From the sequence record OL770074.2: a DNA stretch of 64,000 bases; one strand, 5' to 3'. Position numbers and translations under genes: made by a program. The notes beneath the pieces were generated by a model that was not told where the DNA came from, made no database searches, and saw only the letters and a list, made by a program, of their open reading frames with translations. Origin of the DNA: Escherichia phage vB_EcoM-RPN187. Below, piece by piece: positions 10,193 to 19,890 of the stretch (position 1 is the first letter of the stretch; each line of letters opens with the position of its first letter).

Positions 10193-10513
10193 TCAACTGT
10201 AACGATAACATTCATTAGCTTTACGTTTGGCTTCAGTATGAGAAGTATTATAATCATAATCTTCTTTACTGTAAACATCTTTTTTCAACTTACGAACTTC
10301 TTTGCGGAGTTGTCGATTCATTTCGTTCTTGACTTCAGAATCAACGCCTTTCATACGTTTCCATTTATCTGAGCGGAAAATGTTTTCAACCATGTCTTTG
10401 TGGCTAACACCGTCAGGAGCTTTACGTTTACCAAAATAGTCGTAATCACGAACTTTCAAATCTTTACGACGATACGTTTTACCCATAAGTACCTCAGAGG
10501 TTGATTGATACAA
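10193..10513 (-). CDS. hypothetical basic protein (106 aa)
   Basis: Lys/Arg-rich ORF on coding strand. Confidence 0.4.
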   Translation of the reverse strand: MYQSTSEVLMGKTYRRKDLKVRDYDYFGKRKAPDGVSHKDMVENIFRSDKWKRMKGVDSEVKNEMNRQLRKEVRKLKKDVYSKEDYDYNTSHTEAKRKANECYRYS

Positions 10514-10742
10514 TGCGTTTGATAAAATTTACTTCACTTACTGAAAGGTCTTTAAGACCAATTGATTCTAAACGCTGAGTAAGCGTCAACATTGGGATAT
10601 AGTCCCAATGTATTTTAGACGTTTGATAAGTACGGACGCCATTAGCAATTTCAACGTTCAAATCGGAAATGGTAATGAACACCAGACGTTCGTTGTTTAC
10701 ATTAAGAGTTAGAACAACTTTCTTTGAATCTAAACTAATCAT
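10494..10742 (-). CDS. hypothetical protein (82 aa)
   Basis: Coding-strand ORF. Confidence 0.35.
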   Translation of the reverse strand: MISLDSKKVVLTLNVNNERLVFITISDLNVEIANGVRTYQTSKIHWDYIPMLTLTQRLESIGLKDLSVSEVNFIKRIVSINL

Positions 10743-11083
10743 GGCTTAATTTCCTTCGCAATTGAACAGAAGATACCACGGTCACAAAGCATTTCACCAA
10801 TTTCTGGATATTTGATTGAACGGTACCAAACATCCAGGCTTGAAACTCTGGTTATCTGTACTGCATTACCATTGACAGAATAGTACTGGTCGACCTTAAT
10901 TTCTTTATCTTCAATTGTCATTTTATTTTCCTCTATAGTAGATGGTTTAATCTTAACACATCTATTGAGGATGTAAACTGTTTTATGAAAATATTTTCGA
11001 TTTGAGAGGGGCACAAGGAGATAGTGAAGTGAAGATTCCAATTGGATTATATTAGAAATGAGATAAAGAAGACCAGGCGGCAC
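10739..11083 (-). CDS. hypothetical protein (start uncertain)
   Basis: Coding-strand ORF; a likely internal start gives MTIEDKEIKV... Confidence 0.35.
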   Translation of the reverse strand: MPPGLLYLISNIIQLESSLHYLLVPLSNRKYFHKTVYILNRCVKIKPSTIEENKMTIEDKEIKVDQYYSVNGNAVQITRVSSLDVWYRSIKYPEIGEMLCDRGIFCSIAKEIKP

Positions 11084-11087
11084 CTGG

Positions 11088-11411
11088 TCAATCTTCTATG
11101 ATATCAGAGTCATATCCTAATGAAATCAAGGACTTTTTAAACTCTGCAATATTCTTTTGTTTCTTATCATTTAAAAATATGACAGGATAACGAATATTAA
11201 GTGAAGTGAATCCTGCACGTTTAGCAAGAGATACGATTAAAGGACGGTCATATTCAATCTTACCATTATTAGTGAGGACTTTATAAAATGTATAAGGAGC
11301 ATTGAGCTCCTTTAAAAGTTTTGTAACAGTATAACATCCCGGACAACGTCCTACTTCTTCAGGGATGCCATAAATTTCAATCTTGTTCTTTAAGTTCGAG
11401 TTTTGTTCCAC
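11088..11411 (-). CDS. nrdH: NrdH-like glutaredoxin (CPGC redox motif)
   Basis: KIEIYGIPEEVGRCPGCY... thioredoxin-fold CxxC; sits upstream of nrdG/nrdD as in T4. No in-frame ATG; GTG at 11409-11411 with AAGGA upstream is proposed as the start. Confidence 0.5.
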   Translation of the reverse strand: MEQNSNLKNKIEIYGIPEEVGRCPGCYTVTKLLKELNAPYTFYKVLTNNGKIEYDRPLIVSLAKRAGFTSLNIRYPVIFLNDKKQKNIAEFKKSLISLGYDSDIIED

Positions 11412-11694
11412 GAGAAATAATTCCTTGGTAAGCCCAATAAGGAGGATTAACAGAATCCTCACCAGAGTTTTCTTCAGGAAAATAAACCTGGATAACAAAT
11501 CCAGATTCATCAAAGGTAAAATAAACTGTAGGTAATTCACCTAACAATTCAGCACGATTATTAATTTCTTCGAGTTCTCGTTCACATCCAGCCCAAAAAC
11601 TAGGATTTAAACTACATTCGTAAAAATAATAGTCATTACCGAACATATCAAAACCATTCCAACTCTCAACCACATACCGCTCAAAACTAATCAT
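11377..11694 (-). CDS. hypothetical protein (105 aa)
   Basis: Coding-strand ORF whose stop overlaps the nrdH-like start region. Confidence 0.4.
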   Translation of the reverse strand: MISFERYVVESWNGFDMFGNDYYFYECSLNPSFWAGCERELEEINNRAELLGELPTVYFTFDESGFVIQVYFPEENSGEDSVNPPYWAYQGIISRGTKLELKEQD

Positions 11695-11696
11695 AA

Positions 11697-11912
11697 TTAA
11701 GCCTTTTTATCAAGAACAGAATTCAGTTTATTAGTAATTTTGTCCAAACGTTCATTGAATTCGCTGGAGGATAAACCCTTTTCCGGAGAAATTAAACTAA
11801 TCACGAAAAATACAACAGTAAAAGGAATAAGAAAAATAGCTCCAACTGCCATAAACAAAAAGAACGTTACAGTTGTAAGAAAATCAGCTAAACCTTTACG
11901 AAATTTATACAT
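11697..11912 (-). CDS. hypothetical membrane protein (71 aa)
   Basis: One strong hydrophobic helix (FLFMAVGAIFLIPFTVVFFVISLI). Confidence 0.4.
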   Translation of the reverse strand: MYKFRKGLADFLTTVTFFLFMAVGAIFLIPFTVVFFVISLISPEKGLSSSEFNERLDKITNKLNSVLDKKA

Positions 11913-12027
11913 ATTTTACCCTTAATTGATTATCCAAGCATTGATAAGCACTAAACTATATTGTGAATAAAATTCTGGACCAAAATTAAAAATCATATCA
12001 TTTATAGTATCCATAATATAATTCAAT

Positions 12028-12498
12028 TTAATCATGTTTCCACACCCCATCGGTATTTGACCAAAGTCGCTGATTATCTGATCCTCGCCACAGTTTTTTG
12101 GTCGGAAGATTTTTCTCATACTTCCCATCAATAATAACATCAACATATTTAAGCATTTCTAGTTGTTTAATATCTTCAAACTTATATCCTGTCCACAACC
12201 AAATGCTTTTATTGGGATAAAGATTTTTTACTGTTTGAACGATGCAATGAACAACATCTCGGTTATCAGGATAGAGAGGGTCTCCTCCAGTTATAGTTAA
12301 TCCTTCTATATAATCGTTATTCAAACATTCAATTAATTGCTCTAGTGTTTCACCCGTAAATGGAATACCATTTCTAGCGTTCCATGTTGATTTATTATAA
12401 CACCCCTCGCATTTATGCAAACAACCTGTAACGAAAAGAACGACCCTGCAACCAGGGCCATTCACAAAATCGCAAGGATAAAATCTATCATAATTCAT
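12028..12498 (-). CDS. nrdG: anaerobic ribonucleotide reductase activase NrdG (radical SAM)
   Basis: 156 aa; CDFVNGPGCRVVLFVTGCLHKCEGCYN cysteine cluster; 4-nt overlap with nrdD. Confidence 0.9.
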   Translation of the reverse strand: MNYDRFYPCDFVNGPGCRVVLFVTGCLHKCEGCYNKSTWNARNGIPFTGETLEQLIECLNNDYIEGLTITGGDPLYPDNRDVVHCIVQTVKNLYPNKSIWLWTGYKFEDIKQLEMLKYVDVIIDGKYEKNLPTKKLWRGSDNQRLWSNTDGVWKHD

Positions 12499-14312
12499 TG
12501 GTGTTTAACCCTATGCATGATTTCTTTATTTTTGCCGAGATTAAATCCGCGTTCGTTCGGATTTCCAAGATATCCGCATGTTCTTCTTATGGTGTTCATC
12601 TTTTTAGGATCAGTTTCTCCACAAACTGAACAAACAAATCCGTTTTCAGTAGGAGTCATTTCATGGGTACTTCCGCACGTAAAACATTTATCTACTGGCA
12701 TATTAACACCAAAATAATCTAAATGTTGTGCAGCATAATCCCATACAGCCTCAAGACCTTTTAGGTTATTTTTCATATCAGGAAGTTCAACATAAGAAAT
12801 GTGACCACCTGTCGCAATGAAATGATATGGCGCTTCACGAGAAATCTTTTCAAATGGAGTAATATTTTCTTCTACTGAAACATGGAAACTATTAGTGTAC
12901 CAGCCTTTATCAGTAACATCTTTTACACTTCCATATTTTTCTGTATCAAGTTTACAGAAGCGATAACAAAGGTTTTCAGCAGGAGTAGAATACAGGCTAA
13001 AAGCAAAACCGGTTCTTTCAGTCCACTGCTTAAGACGAGCATTCATTTTAGTCAAAATTTCCTGTCCAATATCACGTCCGACAAGAATATTCAATTCGTG
13101 AATACCAACGTATCCTAAAGACACCGAACTTCTACCGTTTTTAAATAACTCAATTATGTCGTCATCAGGTTTAAGACGAACCCCGAATGCACCTTCTTGG
13201 TAAAGAATAGGAGCAACAGTAGCTTTAACTCCTTTTAAGGAACTAATTCTACACATCAATGCTTCAAAACACAAATCCATTCGTTCATTGAACAATTCGG
13301 CAAATTTCTGTTCATTGAACTGTGTTCCAATATAAGAATCTAATGCAATACGAGGAAGATTCAGTGTTACAACGCCAAGATTATTACGTCCATCAAGAAT
13401 TTCATTACCAGTCGAATCTTTCCATACGCTCAAGAAACTGCGGCAACCCATTGGAGAAACAGGAACAGATGAACCGGTGATAGCTTTATTATTCTTAACT
13501 GAAATAATATCAGGATACATTCTTTTGCTTGCGCATTCTAAAGCAAGCTGCTTAATATCATAGTTCGGATCGTCTTTATAAAGATTAACACCCTCTTCAA
13601 CAAACATAACAAGTTTAGGGAAAATAGGAGTTATCCCATCGCGTCCAAGGCCTTTAATACGATTTTTCAGAATTGCTTTCTGAATCATTCGTTCAGTCCA
13701 GTCAGTTCCCGTACCAAACGTAATTGTTACAAAAGGCGTTTGTCCGTTTGAACTAAAGAGAGTATTTACTTCATATTCATACGCTTGGAATGCATCGTAT
13801 ACATCTTTTTCTGTTTTAGATTGGGCATAATTCAACGCATCAGCGATTTGCCATTTTTCTGCATCCTCAATATGTTTTGCATAGGTGCGTTTAACATAAG
13901 GAGAAAGAACTTTATCGACATTCGCAAATGTAGTTCCACCATACTGATGCGAAGCAACCTGTGCAGTAATTTGCGCCATAATTGCAGTAGCAACACCGAT
14001 TGATTTAGGAGTTTCAATCTGTGCATTACCGAGCTTAAATCCGTTCTCAAGCATTCCTTTTAAATCTACTAAACAGCAATTAGTAAACGGAAGAGCAGGG
14101 GAATAATCAATATCGTGCACGTGAATAATTCCGCTTTCATGCGCTTTCATAATAAAAGACGGGACCATATTTTTGGCAATGTGCTTAGACACAATACCAG
14201 CCATAAGGTCCCGTTGAGTTGGAAAAACACGAGAATCTTTATTAGCATTCTCGTTTAAAAGGTCTTTATTAGTTTTATGAATCAATCCTTCAATTTCTTT
14301 TTCAATTGTCAT
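12495..14312 (-). CDS. nrdD: anaerobic ribonucleoside-triphosphate reductase NrdD (no intron)
   Basis: 605-aa uninterrupted ORF; C-terminal Zn site CFTCGSTHE...CSVCG and glycyl-radical motif RRTCGYLGNP. Confidence 0.92.
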   Translation of the reverse strand: MTIEKEIEGLIHKTNKDLLNENANKDSRVFPTQRDLMAGIVSKHIAKNMVPSFIMKAHESGIIHVHDIDYSPALPFTNCCLVDLKGMLENGFKLGNAQIETPKSIGVATAIMAQITAQVASHQYGGTTFANVDKVLSPYVKRTYAKHIEDAEKWQIADALNYAQSKTEKDVYDAFQAYEYEVNTLFSSNGQTPFVTITFGTGTDWTERMIQKAILKNRIKGLGRDGITPIFPKLVMFVEEGVNLYKDDPNYDIKQLALECASKRMYPDIISVKNNKAITGSSVPVSPMGCRSFLSVWKDSTGNEILDGRNNLGVVTLNLPRIALDSYIGTQFNEQKFAELFNERMDLCFEALMCRISSLKGVKATVAPILYQEGAFGVRLKPDDDIIELFKNGRSSVSLGYVGIHELNILVGRDIGQEILTKMNARLKQWTERTGFAFSLYSTPAENLCYRFCKLDTEKYGSVKDVTDKGWYTNSFHVSVEENITPFEKISREAPYHFIATGGHISYVELPDMKNNLKGLEAVWDYAAQHLDYFGVNMPVDKCFTCGSTHEMTPTENGFVCSVCGETDPKKMNTIRRTCGYLGNPNERGFNLGKNKEIMHRVKHQ

Positions 14313-14782
14313 TTTAAACTCTTTCTAAGCTGCTTTTTGAATGAAGCTATTAATTGTGTTTTAGTATCAGATTCATTATATTCAAATCCTCTTTGAAGCA
14401 TCTCAGCCATCATTTCCTCTTTACCTAGTCTTGAGAACTCTTTAGTTTTGTCTGGAACAAAATTAGGATGGATATTATTATCAGAATAATCTTGTTTCAA
14501 ATAAGCGAGAAGAGCTTCAAGCCATTCGAGGTAGTCGACATCACGTCCTTTAAGACCGGAACGGTTGAACTTATGCTTCATTTGACCTTCTGCTGCGTTG
14601 CACAGATTACAGAGTAATCCACGAACTCTACCGGCTTTTGGCCCGTTTAATTCATGGTCGTGGTCAAGATGGTTACCTTGAACATCAGGGTCTAATTCAC
14701 GGTGGCAAATAGGACACTTACCGTTCTGTGCATCATAAAATTTTTGTTTTTCTTCTTTATATTTTGCGCCTGATAATAACAT
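14309..14782 (-). CDS. 49: endonuclease VII (Holliday-junction resolvase) gp49
   Basis: 157 aa; MLLSGAKYKEEKQKFYDAQNGKCPICHRELDPDVQGNHLDHDHELNGPKAG... near-identical to recalled T4 EndoVII. Confidence 0.9.
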   Translation of the reverse strand: MLLSGAKYKEEKQKFYDAQNGKCPICHRELDPDVQGNHLDHDHELNGPKAGRVRGLLCNLCNAAEGQMKHKFNRSGLKGRDVDYLEWLEALLAYLKQDYSDNNIHPNFVPDKTKEFSRLGKEEMMAEMLQRGFEYNESDTKTQLIASFKKQLRKSLK

Positions 14783-14817
14783 GATAAACCCTTACCTTAA
14801 ATAGATAAGGGTATTTA

Positions 14818-15243
14818 TTAACTTAAACGTCTTTCTAAATATTCAATGTATTCTGCGGCTGCTTGCATCAGGTTACCTTCATAGCCGTCGTTATTTTCTT
14901 GTCCAGCTAATTTAGCTAATGCATAAGAAATTCGTTCACCTTCGAATTCACCAAGTTTACTACCTAGCACATCCGCAATATCAGCCGAATCAATTTCTTC
15001 GAGTTCATCTATTGAATGGGATTCCCAGAAGCACCAAAGAGAAGTATCACGGTCATAGATGCAAAGTTTCTCACCTGTGTTCAACATCACTTCGATAATG
15101 CCATGGCCGCCATAACCATCTTCGGTAGTAGTACCAATTACCTTGATGATTGTTCCTTTCTTTAATTCAGGAAACTTGTCTTGTAGTTCTTCATCTTCTT
15201 TAACAATCTTGAACCATTTACCGCGAGTTTCAGAAATATTCAT
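14818..15243 (-). CDS. hypothetical acidic protein (141 aa)
   Basis: Coding-strand ORF in the 49-nrdC spacer (T4 pin/49.x position). Confidence 0.45.
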   Translation of the reverse strand: MNISETRGKWFKIVKEDEELQDKFPELKKGTIIKVIGTTTEDGYGGHGIIEVMLNTGEKLCIYDRDTSLWCFWESHSIDELEEIDSADIADVLGSKLGEFEGERISYALAKLAGQENNDGYEGNLMQAAAEYIEYLERRLS

Positions 15244-15543
15244 ATCAATATCCTCTATAAAAGTTGCGATGCGTGCGTTTCGCTTTGCGAAGCTGACGTT
15301 TAGTTGGTCGAACCGTAAATGGTCGTCCGGAGAAAAAATTTGGTTCGGTTTTAATCAACACATACCAATCGTGTTCGCCACTTTTTAATAAACGGTACAA
15401 TAATTTAACTTGCATAATAATCTCTTCCCATTTCCAAATCAATCATATCGTTTACTGTAGGTTCATCATAACACGTTTCTTCGTCGTTGTAAACTGTTTC
15501 GACGTCCGGCTCGACAGTTTCCCATCGAGCCGAATACCATGGT

Positions 15544-15861
15544 TTAACCCCGGAGTTTATTGAGCTCTTCATAATCAATCCAGGATTCTAGCCCTGACGG
15601 CAGGTCACATTCAATGTTCCACAGAAGCTCTTCGATGGCTTGTAGGCGATTATATTCTTCAACAGTAATAGTAACCATTGTTTCAGGCTTTTTAACCATC
15701 ATGTCATTCATCAGAATGTACAGGTCGTCCCATGTCCATATTTCAGCATCTCGAACTAATGAAGTCGGAATCGAATTTAAAACTTCAATCTTAGTAGGAG
15801 CGTCAGGGCCGAGAAGAGTTGCTACAAATTTATACGCTCTGGCGAAATCAATATCATTCAT
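15544..15861 (-). CDS. hypothetical protein (105 aa)
   Basis: Coding-strand ORF, 4-nt overlap with nrdC. Confidence 0.4.
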   Translation of the reverse strand: MNDIDFARAYKFVATLLGPDAPTKIEVLNSIPTSLVRDAEIWTWDDLYILMNDMMVKKPETMVTITVEEYNRLQAIEELLWNIECDLPSGLESWIDYEELNKLRG

Positions 15862-16121
15862 TTAAAATATTCTCGCAGTTGGTCAAATCCACCAATGTGA
15901 CTTCCGTCAGGAGCAAACACTTGAGGCATAGTCAATCCGACTTGTGATTCACGTCCAAGCTTAACCAGAAGCTCAGCAATTTTCTCATCATCAAAAACAC
16001 CTTTTTCTGGCATAACATTAATGAATTCAAATGGCTGTTTCTTAACAGTCAGCAATCGTTTCGCATTATCGCAATAAATGCATTTATGAATAGTAGAGTC
16101 ATACCCATACACTTTAAACAT
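15858..16121 (-). CDS. nrdC: thioredoxin/glutaredoxin NrdC
   Basis: MFKVYGYDSTIHKCIYCDNAKRLLTVKKQPFEFINVMPEKGVFDDEKIAELL... matches recalled T4 NrdC; ATG at 16119-16121. Confidence 0.85.
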   Translation of the reverse strand: MFKVYGYDSTIHKCIYCDNAKRLLTVKKQPFEFINVMPEKGVFDDEKIAELLVKLGRESQVGLTMPQVFAPDGSHIGGFDQLREYFK

Positions 16122-16527
16122 TATTTTTCCTTTCATCAATTAAATATGCAATGCCAAATACAATACATGTAATAAAACCTGTGATACAGATAGAAACCAA
16201 CAACACTGTACCAAAGAACCAAATCAAGTTATCTTTAGTAGTTTGTTTGATATCCATCTCACGAATTTCTATAGCTATCGTATCACCTTTATTAAGAAGC
16301 GTATAAAACGATGGTGATACATGCCTGTCAAAAACTCGTCCTTGTTCATCTTTATAAACTGCAATAAATTCTAATTTAGAATATTTTCCTGTAGATTGAC
16401 CTGAGATTAATTCTACTACCTCCACAGGAATTACTTTAGTTTCCATGTAAGTATTCTGGCTGTTCCAAATGAATGGAATGATGGCAAAAACTAAAGCTGT
16501 AATAAAACAACGAAGGCTATATCTCAT
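16114..16527 (-). CDS. hypothetical membrane protein (two TM helices flanking a soluble domain)
   Basis: N-terminal and C-terminal hydrophobic helices; ATGA-type overlap with next ORF. Confidence 0.45.
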   Translation of the reverse strand: MRYSLRCFITALVFAIIPFIWNSQNTYMETKVIPVEVVELISGQSTGKYSKLEFIAVYKDEQGRVFDRHVSPSFYTLLNKGDTIAIEIREMDIKQTTKDNLIWFFGTVLLVSICITGFITCIVFGIAYLIDERKNNV

Positions 16528-16832
16528 TATAATGTTCTCTCAAATTTGTGGAAGCATTTACGGCATTTCAATTTCAAGTTATCAGTGGTCCAGTTAACCA
16601 GTTGGACTTGGATAGTTCCACATTCCGGACATGGATGTTTTGCTGCCGATTTGGCAGCATTTTCACGTCGTTCAACCATTTTCATTATTTCGTTCCATGC
16701 CGGAGGAACGAACTCTTCTTCACCGTGGATTTTATCTCGCTGAACAAATTCAATCTTTGAACTATCGTCGATAAACTTAACCAAGCTGTGATTAGTGCTC
16801 ATGTCAATATCCTCTAAAAGACGTAGTTTCAT
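16527..16832 (-). CDS. hypothetical zinc-ribbon protein (101 aa)
   Basis: CPECG...CRKC pair of CxxC motifs. Confidence 0.45.
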   Translation of the reverse strand: MKLRLLEDIDMSTNHSLVKFIDDSSKIEFVQRDKIHGEEEFVPPAWNEIMKMVERRENAAKSAAKHPCPECGTIQVQLVNWTTDNLKLKCRKCFHKFERTL

Positions 16833-17782
16833 TATAAAACCTCAATGGCATTTCGTAAACCATCCGCTTTCGCATTCAGAGCTTTTAACGATTTAGTTTT
16901 TTCTGCAATCTGGGCTTCGACTTCTTTCAGTCGAGATTTGAGATATTCGCGTTCTTCTCTTAAATTATCAACTTTTTCTACTTTAGGTTCTTTAATAGGC
17001 TTAGGTTTATACGTATTAGGGTTCTTCAGTTTAATTAGAATGTGTGAACTGTACAGCATTGAACCATTATCTTCGGTTTCGTCATACATTTCCACTACGT
17101 CCATCATCTCCACCATCGTGCAGAGTTTATAAGACAACGAACGAATAGTTTTGTTGTGCTTATTAATTTCTTTAGAGTTCATGGTGCCTAGATTACGCGA
17201 GTAGTAATAAGGAACCTGGATATCAATTGTCAATGATGCGTTACCATTACCAGTTGGTTTGAATACTGCAGTAACCCAATCTTTAACATGAACTTTATTT
17301 GTACGACCATCGCCACCTGTGAATAATTTACGAGAATGTTTAAAAAGCATATTCACTTGGTTATTGAATTCACAAGCAAATTTATCAGCAAATTTAGTTT
17401 CAGGAATGGTAGATAACCAATCAGCCAAGTAGGTCTTTTTAACATCGTTAACAATAGTAAATTCAACCAAATCGGTTATAGATGTCGCAGTTTTAATGAA
17501 GCTCGGCTTCATAAAGTTTTTAATGTTATCGCGAGCTACAGTAGAAGATAATAAACGAGAACGTTTGAACCATTGAAGCAGTGTCCCTAATGAATGAGAA
17601 TACGCGTTTTGAGTATCTTTACAGATATGATTTTCTTGGCCTGTGTATGTACCAAAATCGCGAAGAATGCCACTTACTACAACTCGGTGTGGAACATCAA
17701 ATCCTAATGATCCAGAAGCACGTTGGGCATGAACGTTAGCGATAAGACCTGCAAAATAATCAATGTAATGTGAACGTGTCAT
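16832..17782 (-). CDS. hypothetical protein (316 aa) with C-terminal coiled coil
   Basis: Long ORF with own early promoter; C-terminal 45 aa have a heptad-like Lys/Glu pattern. Confidence 0.5.
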   Translation of the reverse strand: MTRSHYIDYFAGLIANVHAQRASGSLGFDVPHRVVVSGILRDFGTYTGQENHICKDTQNAYSHSLGTLLQWFKRSRLLSSTVARDNIKNFMKPSFIKTATSITDLVEFTIVNDVKKTYLADWLSTIPETKFADKFACEFNNQVNMLFKHSRKLFTGGDGRTNKVHVKDWVTAVFKPTGNGNASLTIDIQVPYYYSRNLGTMNSKEINKHNKTIRSLSYKLCTMVEMMDVVEMYDETEDNGSMLYSSHILIKLKNPNTYKPKPIKEPKVEKVDNLREEREYLKSRLKEVEAQIAEKTKSLKALNAKADGLRNAIEVL

Positions 17783-17810
17783 AATATTTTCCTCTCGTTA
17801 AGATAGAAAG

Positions 17811-17840
17811 ATTATACTCCAACCATCCTTGGTTGTAAAC
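17811..17840 (-). promoter_or_regulatory. early promoter (GTTTAC-N17-GTATAAT) with hairpin CAACC/GGTTG
   Basis: Minus strand: GTTTACAACCAAGGATGGTTGGAGTATAAT, then GAGAGGAAAATATT-ATG. Confidence 0.55.
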
Positions 17841-17844
17841 TGAT

Positions 17845-18777
17845 TTATGATTTTAATGCATTCATTGCGTTAAAAAGTTTAGAGTACTGCAACTGGAGCT
17901 TGGTGACTACTTGTTGAGCATCACGAAGCTTAGCTTGTGCTTTGTCAAGTTCAACAGACAGTTGGTCCACAGTGCCTTTGATTTGATTATAATAGTAATC
18001 TTCTGCAGGAAGAAGACCGTTAGAGATTTCCAGTTTAGTCGACGGTGTGCCATTAAACATAACAGGTTGTGCTGAAGCCGCATTAATCTTACCGATAGTC
18101 GGGGCGACAATAATTGACGCTTCGAACGTTGCATTTTCCTTTTTAAGATTTTTATAATATTCAGAGTCTTTGTGCCACCATGGTGCAGGAACCTTTTTAC
18201 CAATAGATACACGAGCCTGGATAGCGATATGGCCCTTATTCTTGATAGGGTCGATAATATTAAGCTCACGAGAATAAATTGCTTTAATCTGGTGGATATT
18301 ATCACCTAACACTTCCAACGCTTGGTGGAATACACGAGCAACGTTATCATTCTTAGGTTTATACGTAAGAGTGAACTCGTTCTCACTGATAACCATGATT
18401 TCTAACTTATCGTAAGTATATTTCAAATGTTTCATGTTAATTGCTTGAGGACGAATACGAGAAGCAATGGCCATCAAATTGTTAAGGTTATTCCGGAACT
18501 GCTTAGCGAAATATTGTCCTTCACCGCCAATACAAAAATTACGAAGTTTCTGTTTGGCTAATAAACGGCTGAACTCACCATTTTTAATGAACTCTTTAAC
18601 GGGTGTGTTAGTAACGCATTCAAATTGAGTAAACTTACGAGAAGTAATCCCATAATATGAACAGATTTCCTCAATCTCTTCAGGAGTCTTTACAGGCATA
18701 CGGATAGGATTAGGACCTGGGGTATATGCGTTCGAGGTAAATTCTTTGATAAGTTCTCTACGTGTAATAGAAGCCAT
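17845..18777 (-). CDS. hypothetical protein (310 aa) with C-terminal coiled coil
   Basis: Long ORF with own promoter; C-terminal heptad-like segment. Confidence 0.5.
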   Translation of the reverse strand: MASITRRELIKEFTSNAYTPGPNPIRMPVKTPEEIEEICSYYGITSRKFTQFECVTNTPVKEFIKNGEFSRLLAKQKLRNFCIGGEGQYFAKQFRNNLNNLMAIASRIRPQAINMKHLKYTYDKLEIMVISENEFTLTYKPKNDNVARVFHQALEVLGDNIHQIKAIYSRELNIIDPIKNKGHIAIQARVSIGKKVPAPWWHKDSEYYKNLKKENATFEASIIVAPTIGKINAASAQPVMFNGTPSTKLEISNGLLPAEDYYYNQIKGTVDQLSVELDKAQAKLRDAQQVVTKLQLQYSKLFNAMNALKS

Positions 18778-18803
18778 TTTATATTCCTCATGTTGAAAAA
18801 TTT

Positions 18804-18832
18804 ATTATACTCCAACCATCCTTGGTTGTACA
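18804..18832 (-). promoter_or_regulatory. early promoter, near-identical copy of the 17811-17840 element
   Basis: Plus-strand string ttatactccaaccatccttggttgta repeated at 17812-17837 and 18805-18830. Confidence 0.5.
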
Positions 18833-19828
18833 TCATTCCTTAAGAAGTTTTACTACTTGAATAAGATTAGCTCGTTCTGTTTTATTTTTACCGTTTAAGC
18901 CTGCTAATCGTGAGATTTCATCGTCAGTCTGTTGAATAGTTACATTAAGTTCGTTAATCAAAGCTTCAAAGTATTTGATTTGCTCAGCATGTTTTGATTC
19001 AAATTTCTGAACCGGAATAACGTCTTGGTTCAGTTCATCAATAAGGTCTTTAAGAGCATCTTCTTGATTGATATCATATTCAACTTCTTTTATTTCTTCA
19101 ACGAGCTCGTCTTTATATCTAACGTCTTTTAGTCCTGGTGCTGGTCCTGAAATCTCTTCTTTAAGAGTACAAACATATCCAATACGGTATCCAATGCCGT
19201 CTCGCTTGATATCAACTTCGTCAATAAATCCACAATGTTTAAGACCAGAGCCGATTAAGTCAAAATATCCTTGACGACGTCCTTCAAACGTTACACGAAC
19301 TACTAAGACAGTTTTACCTGCAACCTTTTGAAGCTCACATTTATAAAAGTTTGTTGAACCTGAATAACGTGGATGAGTTTTAAAGTTCATCTGACGATCT
19401 AGGCCCATTTGTAAGCGTGCTGATACGGCCATAAAACGTGTTTGGTTCTCGTTAAGATGAGCAACAATCCATTTCAAAGGCATTTTACACTGTTCACGTC
19501 CGAACAAATCAGTACGTCCTAGATTACGCAGGATGTTGTTAGAGTTAATCATCGACAGAACGTTAAGTTTATTCAGCGCGCTGAAGATTCCATCGGCCAT
19601 TGATTTTCCGTAACCTTTACACGCTTTAATAAGCGCTCGCGGTAGATTAGTATAGATTTCAGACGGCATATGAAAATCAAATTTACTAGTCAGTAATTGA
19701 TGAACTTGGATAGCAATTTGCTCATAATTAAGTGCTCTGCGATCATTATGGTCTTTAAACCACACTTTAATCTGTGAAGCACATAAACCGTTAATTTCAT
19801 GTTTTACCGCATCAGATGTAATGCTCAT
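18833..19828 (-). CDS. hypothetical protein (331 aa) with acidic C-terminal coiled coil
   Basis: Long ORF; N-terminal globular part, C-terminal Glu/Lys-rich helix. Confidence 0.5.
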   Translation of the reverse strand: MSITSDAVKHEINGLCASQIKVWFKDHNDRRALNYEQIAIQVHQLLTSKFDFHMPSEIYTNLPRALIKACKGYGKSMADGIFSALNKLNVLSMINSNNILRNLGRTDLFGREQCKMPLKWIVAHLNENQTRFMAVSARLQMGLDRQMNFKTHPRYSGSTNFYKCELQKVAGKTVLVVRVTFEGRRQGYFDLIGSGLKHCGFIDEVDIKRDGIGYRIGYVCTLKEEISGPAPGLKDVRYKDELVEEIKEVEYDINQEDALKDLIDELNQDVIPVQKFESKHAEQIKYFEALINELNVTIQQTDDEISRLAGLNGKNKTERANLIQVVKLLKE

Positions 19829-19890
19829 AACTATTTCCTCAGATTGAATTGGAACTCAAAACCATTATAACCCGTCCTTGGGTAAAGCGT

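Noticed and set aside
12495-14312. Group I intron or homing endonuclease inside nrdD
   Set aside because: The nrdD frame is one uninterrupted 605-aa ORF; no inserted ORF or extra non-coding block is present.
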